In this document: piece after piece, positions 8,964 through 17,365 of the stretch | Layout of the letters: each line of letters starts with the position of its first letter | Numbering within the stretch: position 1 is the first letter of the stretch | From: Chloroflexota bacterium | GTDB lineage: Bacteria > Chloroflexota > Dehalococcoidia > Lucifugimonadales > UBA3495 | Direction of reading: 5' to 3' | Assembly (NCBI GenBank): GCA_009840135.1 | Contig: VXOH01000101.1 | Coordinates: 8,106 to 72,105 of the forward strand | Length of the DNA: 64,000 nt | Position numbers and translations under genes: made by a program | Notes under the pieces: model-generated | Told to the model about the DNA's origin: nothing | The model's input: only the letters and a program-made list of their open reading frames with translations | Databases searched by the model: none

Positions 8964-10010
8964 TTACAGGCGGGCTCCGTCATAGAGTCCCACAAAGAAG
9001 GGAGGAATCTTGCGGTAGATCTGGATGCGGTTGCGCTGAGAGTCAACGATGAACAACCTGTCCTCATCATCAACCTCGATACCGATGGGCCCGCGGAGGA
9101 ACTTTTCCCTCTCGAGACCCTGGGCAATCTCCCTTTGCAGCTTCATGTCCGGGTTGGCTTCGAGCTTGGTTACGCCCCACTTGGAAAGGGTAGCGTCGCC
9201 CATAATGATAGATATGAACATACCGTTGCTATCGAAGACCTGCACACGGTCGTTATCCCAGTCGGCCACATAGATGATGCCGTCGCTGTCCACGGCCACG
9301 TCCGTAGGCCGGCGGAGCTCACCCTCTCCGGTGCCGCGGGAACCGAACTTCATCAGGAAATTGCCGTCGGCGTCAAACTTCTGAATCCGGTCATTCCGCC
9401 AGTCGGCAACGAAGATGTTGCCTTCGGAGTCAATGTCCAGACCCCAGGGCATGTTCAGCTGACCATCGCCGGCGCCGAAGCTGCCGAAACTGGAAATGTA
9501 CTTTCCATCCTTGGTGTATTTCTGGACGCGGTTGTTGCCGGTATCCACCAGCACCATGTTGCCGTCCAAATCCATGTGGATGCCGGAGGGCTGATTGAAC
9601 TGCCCCTCACCGTCACCAACCACGCCCCAGGCGCCTACCCAGTCTCCGTCCTTGGAGAAAACGGCAACCCGGTTCAGCCACTCGTCGGTCACGTAGAGGT
9701 TTTCCTCTTCGTCCAGGGTTATGGACGTGGGCCATACCAGGGAGCCATCGGAGGCATCCTCGCCTACGTCCATAAGGTCGCCACCCAGGCGGCCGCCGTT
9801 GCCAATCTCGCCGATATAATCCTCATCAACGGTGCAGACGGTAATCCGCTTGGAATCGGCCCGATAGTCATAAGCCCGATTGACGACATACATTACGCCG
9901 TCGGCGCCACGGGCAAGGGAAACGGGATTCTTGAAGCCGGGACCGGCCTCTTCGCCCCGTCCAATAGTGTGGGTGTAACGATAAGTTACACCTTGAACAT
10001 CAGTAGTCAT
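8964..10010 (-). CDS. NHL-repeat beta-propeller protein
   Basis: Repeated units such as VADWRNDRIQKFDADGNF, VADWDNDRVQVFDSNG, VDTGNNRVQKYTKDG and VTDEWLNRVAVFSKDG. ATG 10010 is preferred over GTG 10016. No signal peptide. Confidence 0.85.
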   Translation of the reverse strand: MTTDVQGVTYRYTHTIGRGEEAGPGFKNPVSLARGADGVMYVVNRAYDYRADSKRITVCTVDEDYIGEIGNGGRLGGDLMDVGEDASDGSLVWPTSITLDEEENLYVTDEWLNRVAVFSKDGDWVGAWGVVGDGEGQFNQPSGIHMDLDGNMVLVDTGNNRVQKYTKDGKYISSFGSFGAGDGQLNMPWGLDIDSEGNIFVADWRNDRIQKFDADGNFLMKFGSRGTGEGELRRPTDVAVDSDGIIYVADWDNDRVQVFDSNGMFISIIMGDATLSKWGVTKLEANPDMKLQREIAQGLEREKFLRGPIGIEVDDEDRLFIVDSQRNRIQIYRKIPPFFVGLYDGARL

Positions 10011-10033
10011 TCTCACCTCTGCCAGGAAAGGCA

Positions 10034-10059
10034 GAGAGAGCGCCGTTCAGCGCTCTCTC
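10034..10059 (-). other. intra-operon 10-bp GC hairpin between the DUF1501 and NHL genes
   Basis: GAGAGAGCGC (10034-10043) pairs perfectly with GCGCTCTCTC (10050-10059), with a 6-nt loop. The following U-tract on the minus strand is weak. Confidence 0.5.
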
Positions 10060-10071
10060 CTTGTCCTGGAG

Positions 10072-11211
10072 CTATTTCTTCACGAAGTCCAGCTTCTCGA
10101 AACTGCCATTGACGAGGGGCTTGGCGTCGAGACCGAACCAGTCTTCCAGGATAGTGGTGTACAGGCCGCGGAAGTCGTTGTTGAAGTGCAGGTCGCCATC
10201 CAGCAACTTGTCCTGCTCCAGCGAAGGATATTCACCGTAGAGGCCACCCTCCACACAGTCGCCGATAACGAAAGCCGCGCCGCCGGAACCGTGGTCGGTG
10301 CCGGAGCCGTTGTCATGCACCCGGCGTCCAAACTCGGTGAATACCAGCAGCATTACATTGTCGCTGGCGTTCTGCTCCTTGAGGTCCTGGTAGAAGTCAT
10401 TGACCGTGCGGGAAACTTCCTTGACCAGGTTGGCGTGAGCGGTCAACTGGGTTGCATGGGTGTCGAAGCTGTTGTAGGGGGCCGTGGTGTACAGCACCCG
10501 GGTGCCCAGCTCGGCACAGTGAACCTGGGAGATGTTCCGCATGTACTGGCCGATGGAGCTGTCGCTGTACTCGATGGTGGAGGAGTACTTGGCGGGAGCG
10601 GTGGCCAGGATGTCGGCGCCCTTGAGGGCGTCCATGCCGGTCTGGGACAGGTAGTCCACAACGGGCCCATGTCCCATGGCGGGGGAATACATGCGGGCAA
10701 AGATGTCGAGAGCCTCGGAACGCTGTTCCCGCTCCTCGATGGTGGTCAGCACGCCGTAGGACTCAAGGTTGCCGACGGATGCCACGGGCACCCCGGGGGC
10801 TACCATGGCGCGGGGAAGACCGCGGCCAAAGTTCACGCCGGTGAGCACGTTGTCCTTGTTCGGGTCCAGGTCGCGGATGGCGCGGCCCAGCCAGCCCTCG
10901 TCCGCGATCTTTTCCGGCTCACAGGTGTGCCAGATATCCATGGAGCGGAAGTGGGACCGGTTGGGAACCGGGTATCCGACTCCCTGGATCACTGCCACCT
11001 TGCCCTCGTCATAAAGAGCGGCAAACTCCGGCATGTTGGGGTTCCAGCCCAGTTCATCGCTGATGGGCATTACCTGGTCAACCGGAATGTGAACATTGGG
11101 CCGGTTCTCCATGTACAACGGGTTGTTGTACGGGATCAGGGTATTCATGAAGTCGTTACCGCCGGATAGCTGTAGAACTACCAGGACCGGATCTTTCTTG
11201 GTGCTGGTCAT
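10072..11211 (-). CDS. DUF1501 domain protein (alkaline-phosphatase/sulfatase-like fold)
   Basis: LVVLQLSGGNDFMNTLIPY and FTEFGRRVHDNGSGTDHGSGG are typical of DUF1501. ATG 11211 follows GGAGGA (11215-11220 on the plus strand). No Tat or Sec signal is visible. Confidence 0.8.
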   Translation of the reverse strand: MTSTKKDPVLVVLQLSGGNDFMNTLIPYNNPLYMENRPNVHIPVDQVMPISDELGWNPNMPEFAALYDEGKVAVIQGVGYPVPNRSHFRSMDIWHTCEPEKIADEGWLGRAIRDLDPNKDNVLTGVNFGRGLPRAMVAPGVPVASVGNLESYGVLTTIEEREQRSEALDIFARMYSPAMGHGPVVDYLSQTGMDALKGADILATAPAKYSSTIEYSDSSIGQYMRNISQVHCAELGTRVLYTTAPYNSFDTHATQLTAHANLVKEVSRTVNDFYQDLKEQNASDNVMLLVFTEFGRRVHDNGSGTDHGSGGAAFVIGDCVEGGLYGEYPSLEQDKLLDGDLHFNNDFRGLYTTILEDWFGLDAKPLVNGSFEKLDFVKK

Positions 11212-11313
11212 ATTTCCTCCTGTATGGGTTCTCAAAGCCTTACTGGGTCCGGCTTCCCGAAAGTGCGGCCTTGCGCCAACCGGATGGGGAAGCCGGAAGT
11301 CTTCGTTGCGTTC

Positions 11314-12723
11314 TTAGGAGAACTGGTACTCCTGGGTCGCCACAATTACCTGAAGCAACTGGCTGACCTGGCTGGCGAACTCTTCGCTGCCGGTATTCAT
11401 CTCTCTGGCTTTAAGCGCCTGGGAGAGGAACAGTTCGCGGGTCTCGGGCATCAGCTCGTAGCCACCCAGCAATTCCAGGCAGCCGTCCAGCAAGTCCTCA
11501 GCGGATATTACGTCCGCCCTGGAAGCCAGCCTTTCGACGATCGACTTGATACCCGGGGAATCGGTGCGGCCCATCTCGCCGGCGGCGAAATTGACTCGCT
11601 CCACCAGGGTGCCGCTGTCAATCCATTCCTTGCCGGTATGCCAACCCTCGACGGTGGGGGGATTGAGCAGGTCCTGACCCATGTACCGAATTTGCAGGGC
11701 AGGGTCGTAGAAGCGAGGCTTGGGGGTGTCGAAGTCCCCGGTCAGCCGGAGGGTTCCAGCCACTACTTCGCAGGGATTCTTCACCTTGGCAAACCGGGCG
11801 TTTTTGAAGTTGTCCGAGTTGAACAGCACTCGGAGCATGGACCGTATTTCATAGCCGGACTTGAAGTATTCGTCCTCCAGGGCCTTGATCAGCTCCATAT
11901 CCCGCGGGGGAGTGTGCTGCCAGGCCGGAACCTGGGGCTCGTCTGCCACAAAGAAGTTGTAGAGGTGACGGGCCACAAAGCGAGCCGTTGCCGGATGCTT
12001 GCAGATTATCTGGACAATGTCCTGGCCGTTGAAGTTTCCGGTCTCGCCCAGGAAGGTCTTGTCGTCGTCAATGTGGTCAAACTTGTTGTAGAGGAACCGA
12101 TTGGCGTAGCTGCCGTAGGGATAGCGGGGGATGGCGTTGGCGATAGTCCAGCCGGTGAAGGCCTGGGCACAAGCCTTTACGTCATCTTCGGTGTAGTTAG
12201 CTTCGCCATCCATGCCCACACCCATGGAGAACAGCTCCAGGAGCTCGCGACCCCAGTTCTCGTTGACCGCGTCCTTGTGGCTGAGCTGGTTGTCCAGGTA
12301 ATAGAGCATCGCCGGATCGGTGGACAGGTACATGAGCAGGTTATCGAACTTGCCCAGCCCGTGGGACCGGAAATTGTTCAGCTCAAGAAGAATCTGGCGG
12401 GCCCGCATGCACTTGGAGTCGCCAACGCAGAAGATTCCGTGCCAGAACAGGCATATCTTCTCTTCCAACTGCCGGGGCGAATTAACCATGCGGTAGGTCC
12501 AGTAGCCCTGGTTGGCCATCAGACCGTTCATGTCACGCCAGCCATGCATGTAGCGGTTCATCACGTCCATTTCCAGGTCTGGGAGGTCCTCAGGATGGAG
12601 CAACTCCTCCACGGTAGCCTCATAACCTTTGGCCGTGCGCTCTTCCAATTCCTCATACGAGGCGCCAAAGCCGGCGCGCCGCATCAGGTGGGCCATTAGC
12701 ATGATGTCGTTGTTATCTGCCAT
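11314..12723 (-). CDS. DUF1800 domain protein
   Basis: MAHLMRRAGFGASYEELE is the typical DUF1800 N-terminus. ATG 12723 follows GAAGGAG; the ORF-track start at 12888 lies upstream of the predicted promoter. Confidence 0.8.
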   Translation of the reverse strand: MADNNDIMLMAHLMRRAGFGASYEELEERTAKGYEATVEELLHPEDLPDLEMDVMNRYMHGWRDMNGLMANQGYWTYRMVNSPRQLEEKICLFWHGIFCVGDSKCMRARQILLELNNFRSHGLGKFDNLLMYLSTDPAMLYYLDNQLSHKDAVNENWGRELLELFSMGVGMDGEANYTEDDVKACAQAFTGWTIANAIPRYPYGSYANRFLYNKFDHIDDDKTFLGETGNFNGQDIVQIICKHPATARFVARHLYNFFVADEPQVPAWQHTPPRDMELIKALEDEYFKSGYEIRSMLRVLFNSDNFKNARFAKVKNPCEVVAGTLRLTGDFDTPKPRFYDPALQIRYMGQDLLNPPTVEGWHTGKEWIDSGTLVERVNFAAGEMGRTDSPGIKSIVERLASRADVISAEDLLDGCLELLGGYELMPETRELFLSQALKAREMNTGSEEFASQVSQLLQVIVATQEYQFS

Positions 12724-12865
12724 ACCTTTTACTCCTTCTCTCAAGTTCTTCCGGTTAATCAGCCATGGCTGCGCCAGACGAGCAAAGCCGTAAGACACAC
12801 GCAGACTGACGAGAGAGCTTCGCCTAAGGTGGCAACTGCTTTCTGCCGGTTGTTTACGGATAGGG

Positions 12866-12894
12866 ATTATATACTCTCCAAAAGGCAATGTCCA
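12866..12894 (-). promoter_or_regulatory. candidate promoter of the DUF1800 operon (TGGACA-17-TATAAT)
   Basis: On the minus strand, -35 TGGACA (12889-12894), 17-nt spacer, -10 TATAAT (12866-12871). This implies a leader of about 135 nt. Confidence 0.5.
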
Positions 12895-13108
12895 ATAACA
12901 ATAGCCTTTTCTCGACAGTTTTTGACAATGTCCTTGCCTGTTCGTCCCTCTACATACAAATTGCTACGTAAGCCAACGGCTGGGTGACCGCCTGGTTGAC
13001 CCGGATTTACCATAGAGAGGCGCCGCTTAAATGCCATTGCTGGCGAATCCGGGTGGGACCGGCACGGGTTCGGCCCCCTGATGGAGCGACGCCGCATAGG
13101 CGGACGTG

Positions 13109-13137
13109 TTGACACAGCCTTCCTTTCCCCGTAGGCT
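13109..13137 (+). promoter_or_regulatory. candidate promoter (TTGACA-17-TAGGCT)
   Basis: -35 TTGACA at 13109-13114, 17-nt spacer, -10 TAGGCT at 13132-13137. It lies upstream of the amidohydrolase gene. Confidence 0.45.
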
Positions 13138-13224
13138 GGATTGCGATTTTCGTTATTGTTAACCGACACGGCCTTGAAGGCTGCGGAGTCTGGCCTATTT
13201 TACGGGGGGAGAGGTACGGAAGAG

Positions 13225-14202
13225 ATGGAAAAAGTGCGCAGCATTGATATTCACGCCCACATCACGCCGGAAAACTGCCTTAAGGCCATGCGTGAGGGAA
13301 CGGGATTTTATGCCCTCAGTCCGGAACTGGTGGCCCACAGGTTTGGCGACTATACGCCGCGGGGCATGTGGACGCCCGAAGAGCGAATAAAGGATATGGA
13401 CTCCCTGGGCGTTGACGTTCACGTGCTTTCCACCCATTCCTTTCTTTATTGCTACGACGGCGACGTGGATACCGTAGTAGCAATGGACCGGGAGTGCAAC
13501 GACTATGTTGCCGGCCTGACCCGCCAATATCCTGACCGCTTTTCCGGGCTCGCCAATTTGCCGATGCAGGACGTGGCGGCATCGGTGGAAGAACTGACGC
13601 GATCCGTAAATGACCTGGGGCTTAAGGGCGCCATGATCGGCGATAACGTAAATGGCAAGACCTATGACGACCCCGTATTCAATCCATTGTGGGAGGCGGC
13701 GGAGCAACTGGGCGCCGTAATGCTTATTCATCAGGACGGCCCCACGGTGGTGAGCCCCAGAAACAGCAAGTATCACCTTTCCAACACGATAGGCAACCTG
13801 TCAGACCGGGCTGTGACCTTCGCGTCCTTTGTCTTTGGGGGCGTCATGGACAGGTACCCGGACCTGCGGGTATGTCTCTGCCACGGCGGCGGTTACACCT
13901 GCTACGGAATCGGGCGCATGGACCGGGGCTGGCAAGTACGTTCCGAGGCCAGGGTCCATATTGGTCAGCCTCCCAGCGCATACCTGAGAAGTTTCTACTA
14001 CGACTGCCTTACCCACAGCGAGGCCGACCTTCGTTACCTGATTGACTGCGTGGGGGCGGACCGGGTGCTGTTTGGCACCGACTGGCCGGCGGACATGCAG
14101 ATAGACTGGCCCGTTTCCTGGGTTCTGGGACTGGAAAGCCTCAGTGACCAGGAGAAGGAAGCCATTTTGTGGAAGAACCTGGAGGACCTTCTGGGTCTTT
14201 AG
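13225..14202 (+). CDS. amidohydrolase-2 (PF04909/ACMSD-like) family metal-dependent hydrolase
   Basis: SIDIHAHITPEN (H-x-H) near the N-terminus and VLFGTDWP near the C-terminus. ATG 13225 follows a G-rich RBS. Confidence 0.8.
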   Translation: MEKVRSIDIHAHITPENCLKAMREGTGFYALSPELVAHRFGDYTPRGMWTPEERIKDMDSLGVDVHVLSTHSFLYCYDGDVDTVVAMDRECNDYVAGLTRQYPDRFSGLANLPMQDVAASVEELTRSVNDLGLKGAMIGDNVNGKTYDDPVFNPLWEAAEQLGAVMLIHQDGPTVVSPRNSKYHLSNTIGNLSDRAVTFASFVFGGVMDRYPDLRVCLCHGGGYTCYGIGRMDRGWQVRSEARVHIGQPPSAYLRSFYYDCLTHSEADLRYLIDCVGADRVLFGTDWPADMQIDWPVSWVLGLESLSDQEKEAILWKNLEDLLGL

Positions 14203-14396
14203 GCCGCCCGTCGAGGGAAGGACGAGCGGAGGGGAGGCCGTCCCTGGCAGTCTGCTTAAATTCGGGACTCTTTGCAGCAATTATTCGGAAAAATCACCAA
14301 ACTAGGAAATATCCGGTTAACAAATCAAGGGTAAAATACGTTCATAACGGGTAGCATTATGTATATTGGATTTATTGGGCTTATTAGGAGGCAAAC

Positions 14397-15413
14397 ATGG
14401 GTGTAAGGAGAGAGGGCGTGGGACGGTCGTTTCGTTTGTCGGTCTTGCCCTTAGCTATATTGACCATACTGGTAGGAATGCTGGCGCTGGCGGCTTGCGG
14501 CGGCGAAGAGCCGGCCGCGCCCGCCCAGTCGGAACCTGCTCCTGTGCAGCAGGCTCCTACCCTGGCGCCGCCGGTTGTGATGGCCCAGCCCGTGGCGCCC
14601 GCGACGCAGCCGCCCCCGGACAGCGCTGCCGAGACCATGCCGATGGCAACCCCCCTGGTAGTCGTGCCCAGGTCGTCCATGTTTGCCAGACCCACGGAAA
14701 CGCCCACCCCGACTCCGGAACCCACGGCTACGCCGACTCCGGTGCCTACGGCCACGCCGCCACCGACTGCAACACCGTTGCCGCCCACGTCCACGCCGAG
14801 GCCAACACCCACGCCCACGGTGGCGCAGGCATTGAACCCGGTCGTAACGCTGTCTCCCAGCCAGGGACAGGCAGGCTCAAGCGTCAGCATTTCGGGGTCC
14901 GGCTTTGCCGGCGGAACCCAGGTCAATTCCATCACCGTAGGCGGAGTAAATGTCACCCCGTCAACGCCTGTAGCCGTCAACACTTCAGGCAGTTTTACCG
15001 TTTCGGTTACGGTTCCCGGCAGCCTGAGCGCGGGAGCCCATACGGTCATGGCAACCTCAGGGGCAGCCAGCGCGTCGTCGAGTTTCACGGTGCAGTCGGC
15101 CACGGCAAGCGAGACCCGGCCCAACGTCACGGGGCCGATTATCAACGACCTGTCGGCCCTGGGCAGCAACCTGCTATGGGCAGCCTACTTCGACAACAAT
15201 ACCAAGTCCTGGTCCCTGTACGACCCCAGCGAAACCTTCAGCGTCAATCAACTGCCGGGCATTTTTGGACCAGGCAGCATTTCAGAAATGGGCCCCCTGA
15301 ATTCTTTGACCAAGGGCGAACCCTACCAGATCCGGGTCAGCAGCGACATTACGGTTAACCTGGGAGGCACTGAGCGGAAGCTGACGACTGGCATTAACAA
15401 TGTTGTGTGGTAG
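14397..15413 (+). CDS. secreted lipoprotein with a Pro/Thr-rich linker and an IPT/TIG-like domain
   Basis: Signal plus lipobox (LVGMLALAACGG). A roughly 60-aa PT-rich linker (TPTPTPEPTATPTPVPTATPPPTATP). Then SPSQGQAGSSVSISGSGFAGGTQVNSITVGGVNVTP. RBS AGGAGG precedes the start. Confidence 0.75.
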   Translation: MGVRREGVGRSFRLSVLPLAILTILVGMLALAACGGEEPAAPAQSEPAPVQQAPTLAPPVVMAQPVAPATQPPPDSAAETMPMATPLVVVPRSSMFARPTETPTPTPEPTATPTPVPTATPPPTATPLPPTSTPRPTPTPTVAQALNPVVTLSPSQGQAGSSVSISGSGFAGGTQVNSITVGGVNVTPSTPVAVNTSGSFTVSVTVPGSLSAGAHTVMATSGAASASSSFTVQSATASETRPNVTGPIINDLSALGSNLLWAAYFDNNTKSWSLYDPSETFSVNQLPGIFGPGSISEMGPLNSLTKGEPYQIRVSSDITVNLGGTERKLTTGINNVVW

Positions 15414-15474
15414 CCAGGGAAGCCGGTCGGTAACGGCCCCGGCATGAGGTTATGCCGAGAGACGGAAGAAATTT

Positions 15475-15501
15475 GGGGCAGGTCCTTTTCGGACCTGCCC
15501 C
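15475..15501. terminator. bidirectional terminator hairpin between convergent genes
   Basis: GGGGCAGGTCC (15475-15485) pairs perfectly with GGACCTGCCCC (15491-15501), loop TTTTC. Confidence 0.7.
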
Positions 15502-15591
15502 ATCACTTCTTTCAACCGCCTGATTCAGGAATGCCCTTTCAAGCAGGCGCGGCATGTCCAGCCACCCGCTTGCCGGAGAGTTCAGCTTCAG

Positions 15592-16068
15592 CTAGCCGGA
15601 AATTACCTGCTCGGCAATCGCCCGGTCGCGGAGATAGTTGTTCTTTTCGATGTGGTCCCTGAGGGTGATGAGCCCCGACTCCACCAGGTAGGATTCCACC
15701 TTCCGGGCAGCCTCTCCCTGTTCGGACTGGGCCAGCAGTTCGGCCACATTTCCCCTTAGCTGGCGCAGCGACCAGGCAACCTGGTCCTTCACGCCGGTCA
15801 ATCCTTCGGGGAAATCCACGTGGGAGTTACCCGGCGCGCCCAGCCGATCATAACCGCCGGTGTGCCAGTGCCCCTGGCTGGCGTGGCAGTCGAATCGCAG
15901 CACCTCTTCATTGCCCACATCAACGCCGATGGTGGGACCACCACAGCTTTCCCCCCTGATGGAAAGGATGCGCAGCGGCCAAACGTATGCTGAGACCTGT
16001 CCGTCGCTGGAAAGGGGTACATGCAACTCTTCGCCCCAATAGGCTTCTCCGCTTCTCTTGCTTGCCAT
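15592..16068 (-). CDS. hypothetical protein, paralog of 32642..33085 (E-[VL]-LRFDC ... H-x-H family)
   Basis: 158 aa with the shared core EEVLRFDCHASQGHWHTGGY (partner: KELLRFDCFRINPHYHYRN). It is the last gene of a three-gene minus-strand operon. Confidence 0.7.
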   Translation of the reverse strand: MASKRSGEAYWGEELHVPLSSDGQVSAYVWPLRILSIRGESCGGPTIGVDVGNEEVLRFDCHASQGHWHTGGYDRLGAPGNSHVDFPEGLTGVKDQVAWSLRQLRGNVAELLAQSEQGEAARKVESYLVESGLITLRDHIEKNNYLRDRAIAEQVISG

Positions 16069-16108
16069 ATATGCTGCCTCCTGAGGTTTCCCAGACTTTT
16101 CGCCCAGT

Positions 16109-16570
16109 TTACTCCCCGTTGGCCGCGGTTTCCAGGGCGGCCAGGTCTATCCGCTTCATCTGCAGCAAAGCCTCCATAACTTTATCGGGATTGGCTGCCA
16201 GCAGTGACTCAAGCTGTACCGGGGAAATCTGCCAGGAAAGCCCAAACTTGTCCTCAACCCAGCCACCGGGCTGCTGAGCGCCTTCCTTTGAAAGGCCGAA
16301 CCAGTAGTGGTCAATTTCCTCCTGGGTCTCGCAGTTTATTACAAAGGATATCGCCGGAGAAAACTGGAACATGGGGCCACCGTCCAGGGCGGTGAAACCC
16401 TGGCCGGCCAGAACGAAGCTGACCAGGGCGGCCCCCTCGGCCTGAACTCCTGGGAGGGGAGAGCTGTTTACAATACGGGAGTCCGGAAAAATTGATACGT
16501 AAAACTCGGCGGCTTCCTGAGCCCTGCCGTCAAACCAGAGGAAGGGGGTTATCTTCTGCAAGTCTGCCAT
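16109..16570 (-). CDS. VOC-fold protein, PhnB / 3-demethylubiquinone-9 3-methyltransferase-domain type
   Basis: ITPFLWFDGRAQEAAEFYVSIFPDS and DKFGLSWQI are typical of this family. Confidence 0.8.
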   Translation of the reverse strand: MADLQKITPFLWFDGRAQEAAEFYVSIFPDSRIVNSSPLPGVQAEGAALVSFVLAGQGFTALDGGPMFQFSPAISFVINCETQEEIDHYWFGLSKEGAQQPGGWVEDKFGLSWQISPVQLESLLAANPDKVMEALLQMKRIDLAALETAANGE

Positions 16571-16575
16571 GAGGC

Positions 16576-17031
16576 CTATTGATCTCCTTCCTTGAATTCA
16601 TCGGGTTCATCGGGCTCACCGCCTGGCGCTAAACTCTCGTCGGTAGCCATGACTTCCCAGATGTGCCTGTCCAGGTCCTGGAAAGCCCGGTAATAGACCC
16701 ACCCAAAGTCTGCAGGTTCGCGGTACGCCGAGCCGCCGGCCTCGACGGCTTGCCGCACCATATCGTCCACAGCCTCCCGGTCGGGAACCGACACCGCCAC
16801 CAGGGCCTCAGCCGAGGTATTGGTGTCCGAAATGGACTTGCCGGGAATGAATTCCTCGAAAACCGGGTCCGGGAGCAGCATAACGAAGGAATTTTCTCCG
16901 ATAACCAGGCAGGCGCACTTCTCGTTGGTGAACCGGGCATTAAACTCGAACCCCAGCCTCCTGAAAAAAGCCATGGACCGGTCCAGGTTTGCCACCGGCA
17001 GGTTGACGTAAATCTCGCGGTCAAAAGACAT
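16576..17031 (-). CDS. VOC/glyoxalase-family protein
   Basis: IYVNLPVANLDRSMAFFRRLGFEFN ... FQDLDRHIWEVM. ATG 17031 follows AGGAGA. The ORF-track extension to 17094 (TTG) is just the microsatellite translated as QPAS repeats. Confidence 0.8.
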   Translation of the reverse strand: MSFDREIYVNLPVANLDRSMAFFRRLGFEFNARFTNEKCACLVIGENSFVMLLPDPVFEEFIPGKSISDTNTSAEALVAVSVPDREAVDDMVRQAVEAGGSAYREPADFGWVYYRAFQDLDRHIWEVMATDESLAPGGEPDEPDEFKEGDQ

Positions 17032-17044
17032 TGCTGGCTTTCTC

Positions 17045-17091
<47 letters not shown>

Positions 17092-17092
17092 C

Positions 17093-17121
17093 AATATATC
17101 CTGCCCTTCCGGTCGTGTCCA
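17093..17121 (-). promoter_or_regulatory. candidate promoter of the VOC-VOC-hypothetical operon (TGGACA-17-TATATT)
   Basis: On the minus strand, -35 TGGACA (17116-17121), 17-nt spacer, -10 TATATT (17093-17098). The predicted TSS falls at the first repeat units. Confidence 0.45.
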
Positions 17122-17365
17122 TTATTATGTGACACCTTTTAGGCTTTCAATCCGGGTGGTGTCGTGGGTTTGACCAGGGCAGACACATAGGTCTGCTCCT
17201 ACAATTCGGTTAGCGGCCACATGAACGGAAACGTTCCGAGACACTTGCCAGGCCCAGGCCGAGTCGGAGAAACAGCCTCGTATCGGCCGTCGGTTTTGCC
17301 CCACCTACCTGAAAGACTTACAATGCTGCGGGGAACACCCTATCTCCAACGCGAGGTCAGGCGCC

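Noticed and set aside
9135-12699. Long plus-strand ORFs (9135..10112, 10186..11169, 11224..12699) antisense to the NHL, DUF1501 and DUF1800 genes.
   Set aside because: These are shadow ORFs of GC-rich coding regions. The translations are Gly/Val/His/Ala-rich with no motifs, while the opposite-strand products have clear family signatures.
12895-13108. Possible riboswitch or ncRNA in the 500-bp divergent spacer between the DUF1800 and amidohydrolase genes.
   Set aside because: I could not match any riboswitch consensus I know (B12 box, guanidine/ykkC, TPP, SAM, glycine). Once the two promoters and leaders are placed, only about 210 nt remain unexplained, with no strong conserved-looking structure.
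14700-14830. Periodic ACGCC/ACCCC-rich repeats that could look like a repeat array.
   Set aside because: They lie in-frame inside the lipoprotein gene and encode the Pro/Thr linker. They are not CRISPR (no spacer/repeat alternation of 25-40 nt units). No CRISPR array was found anywhere in the window.
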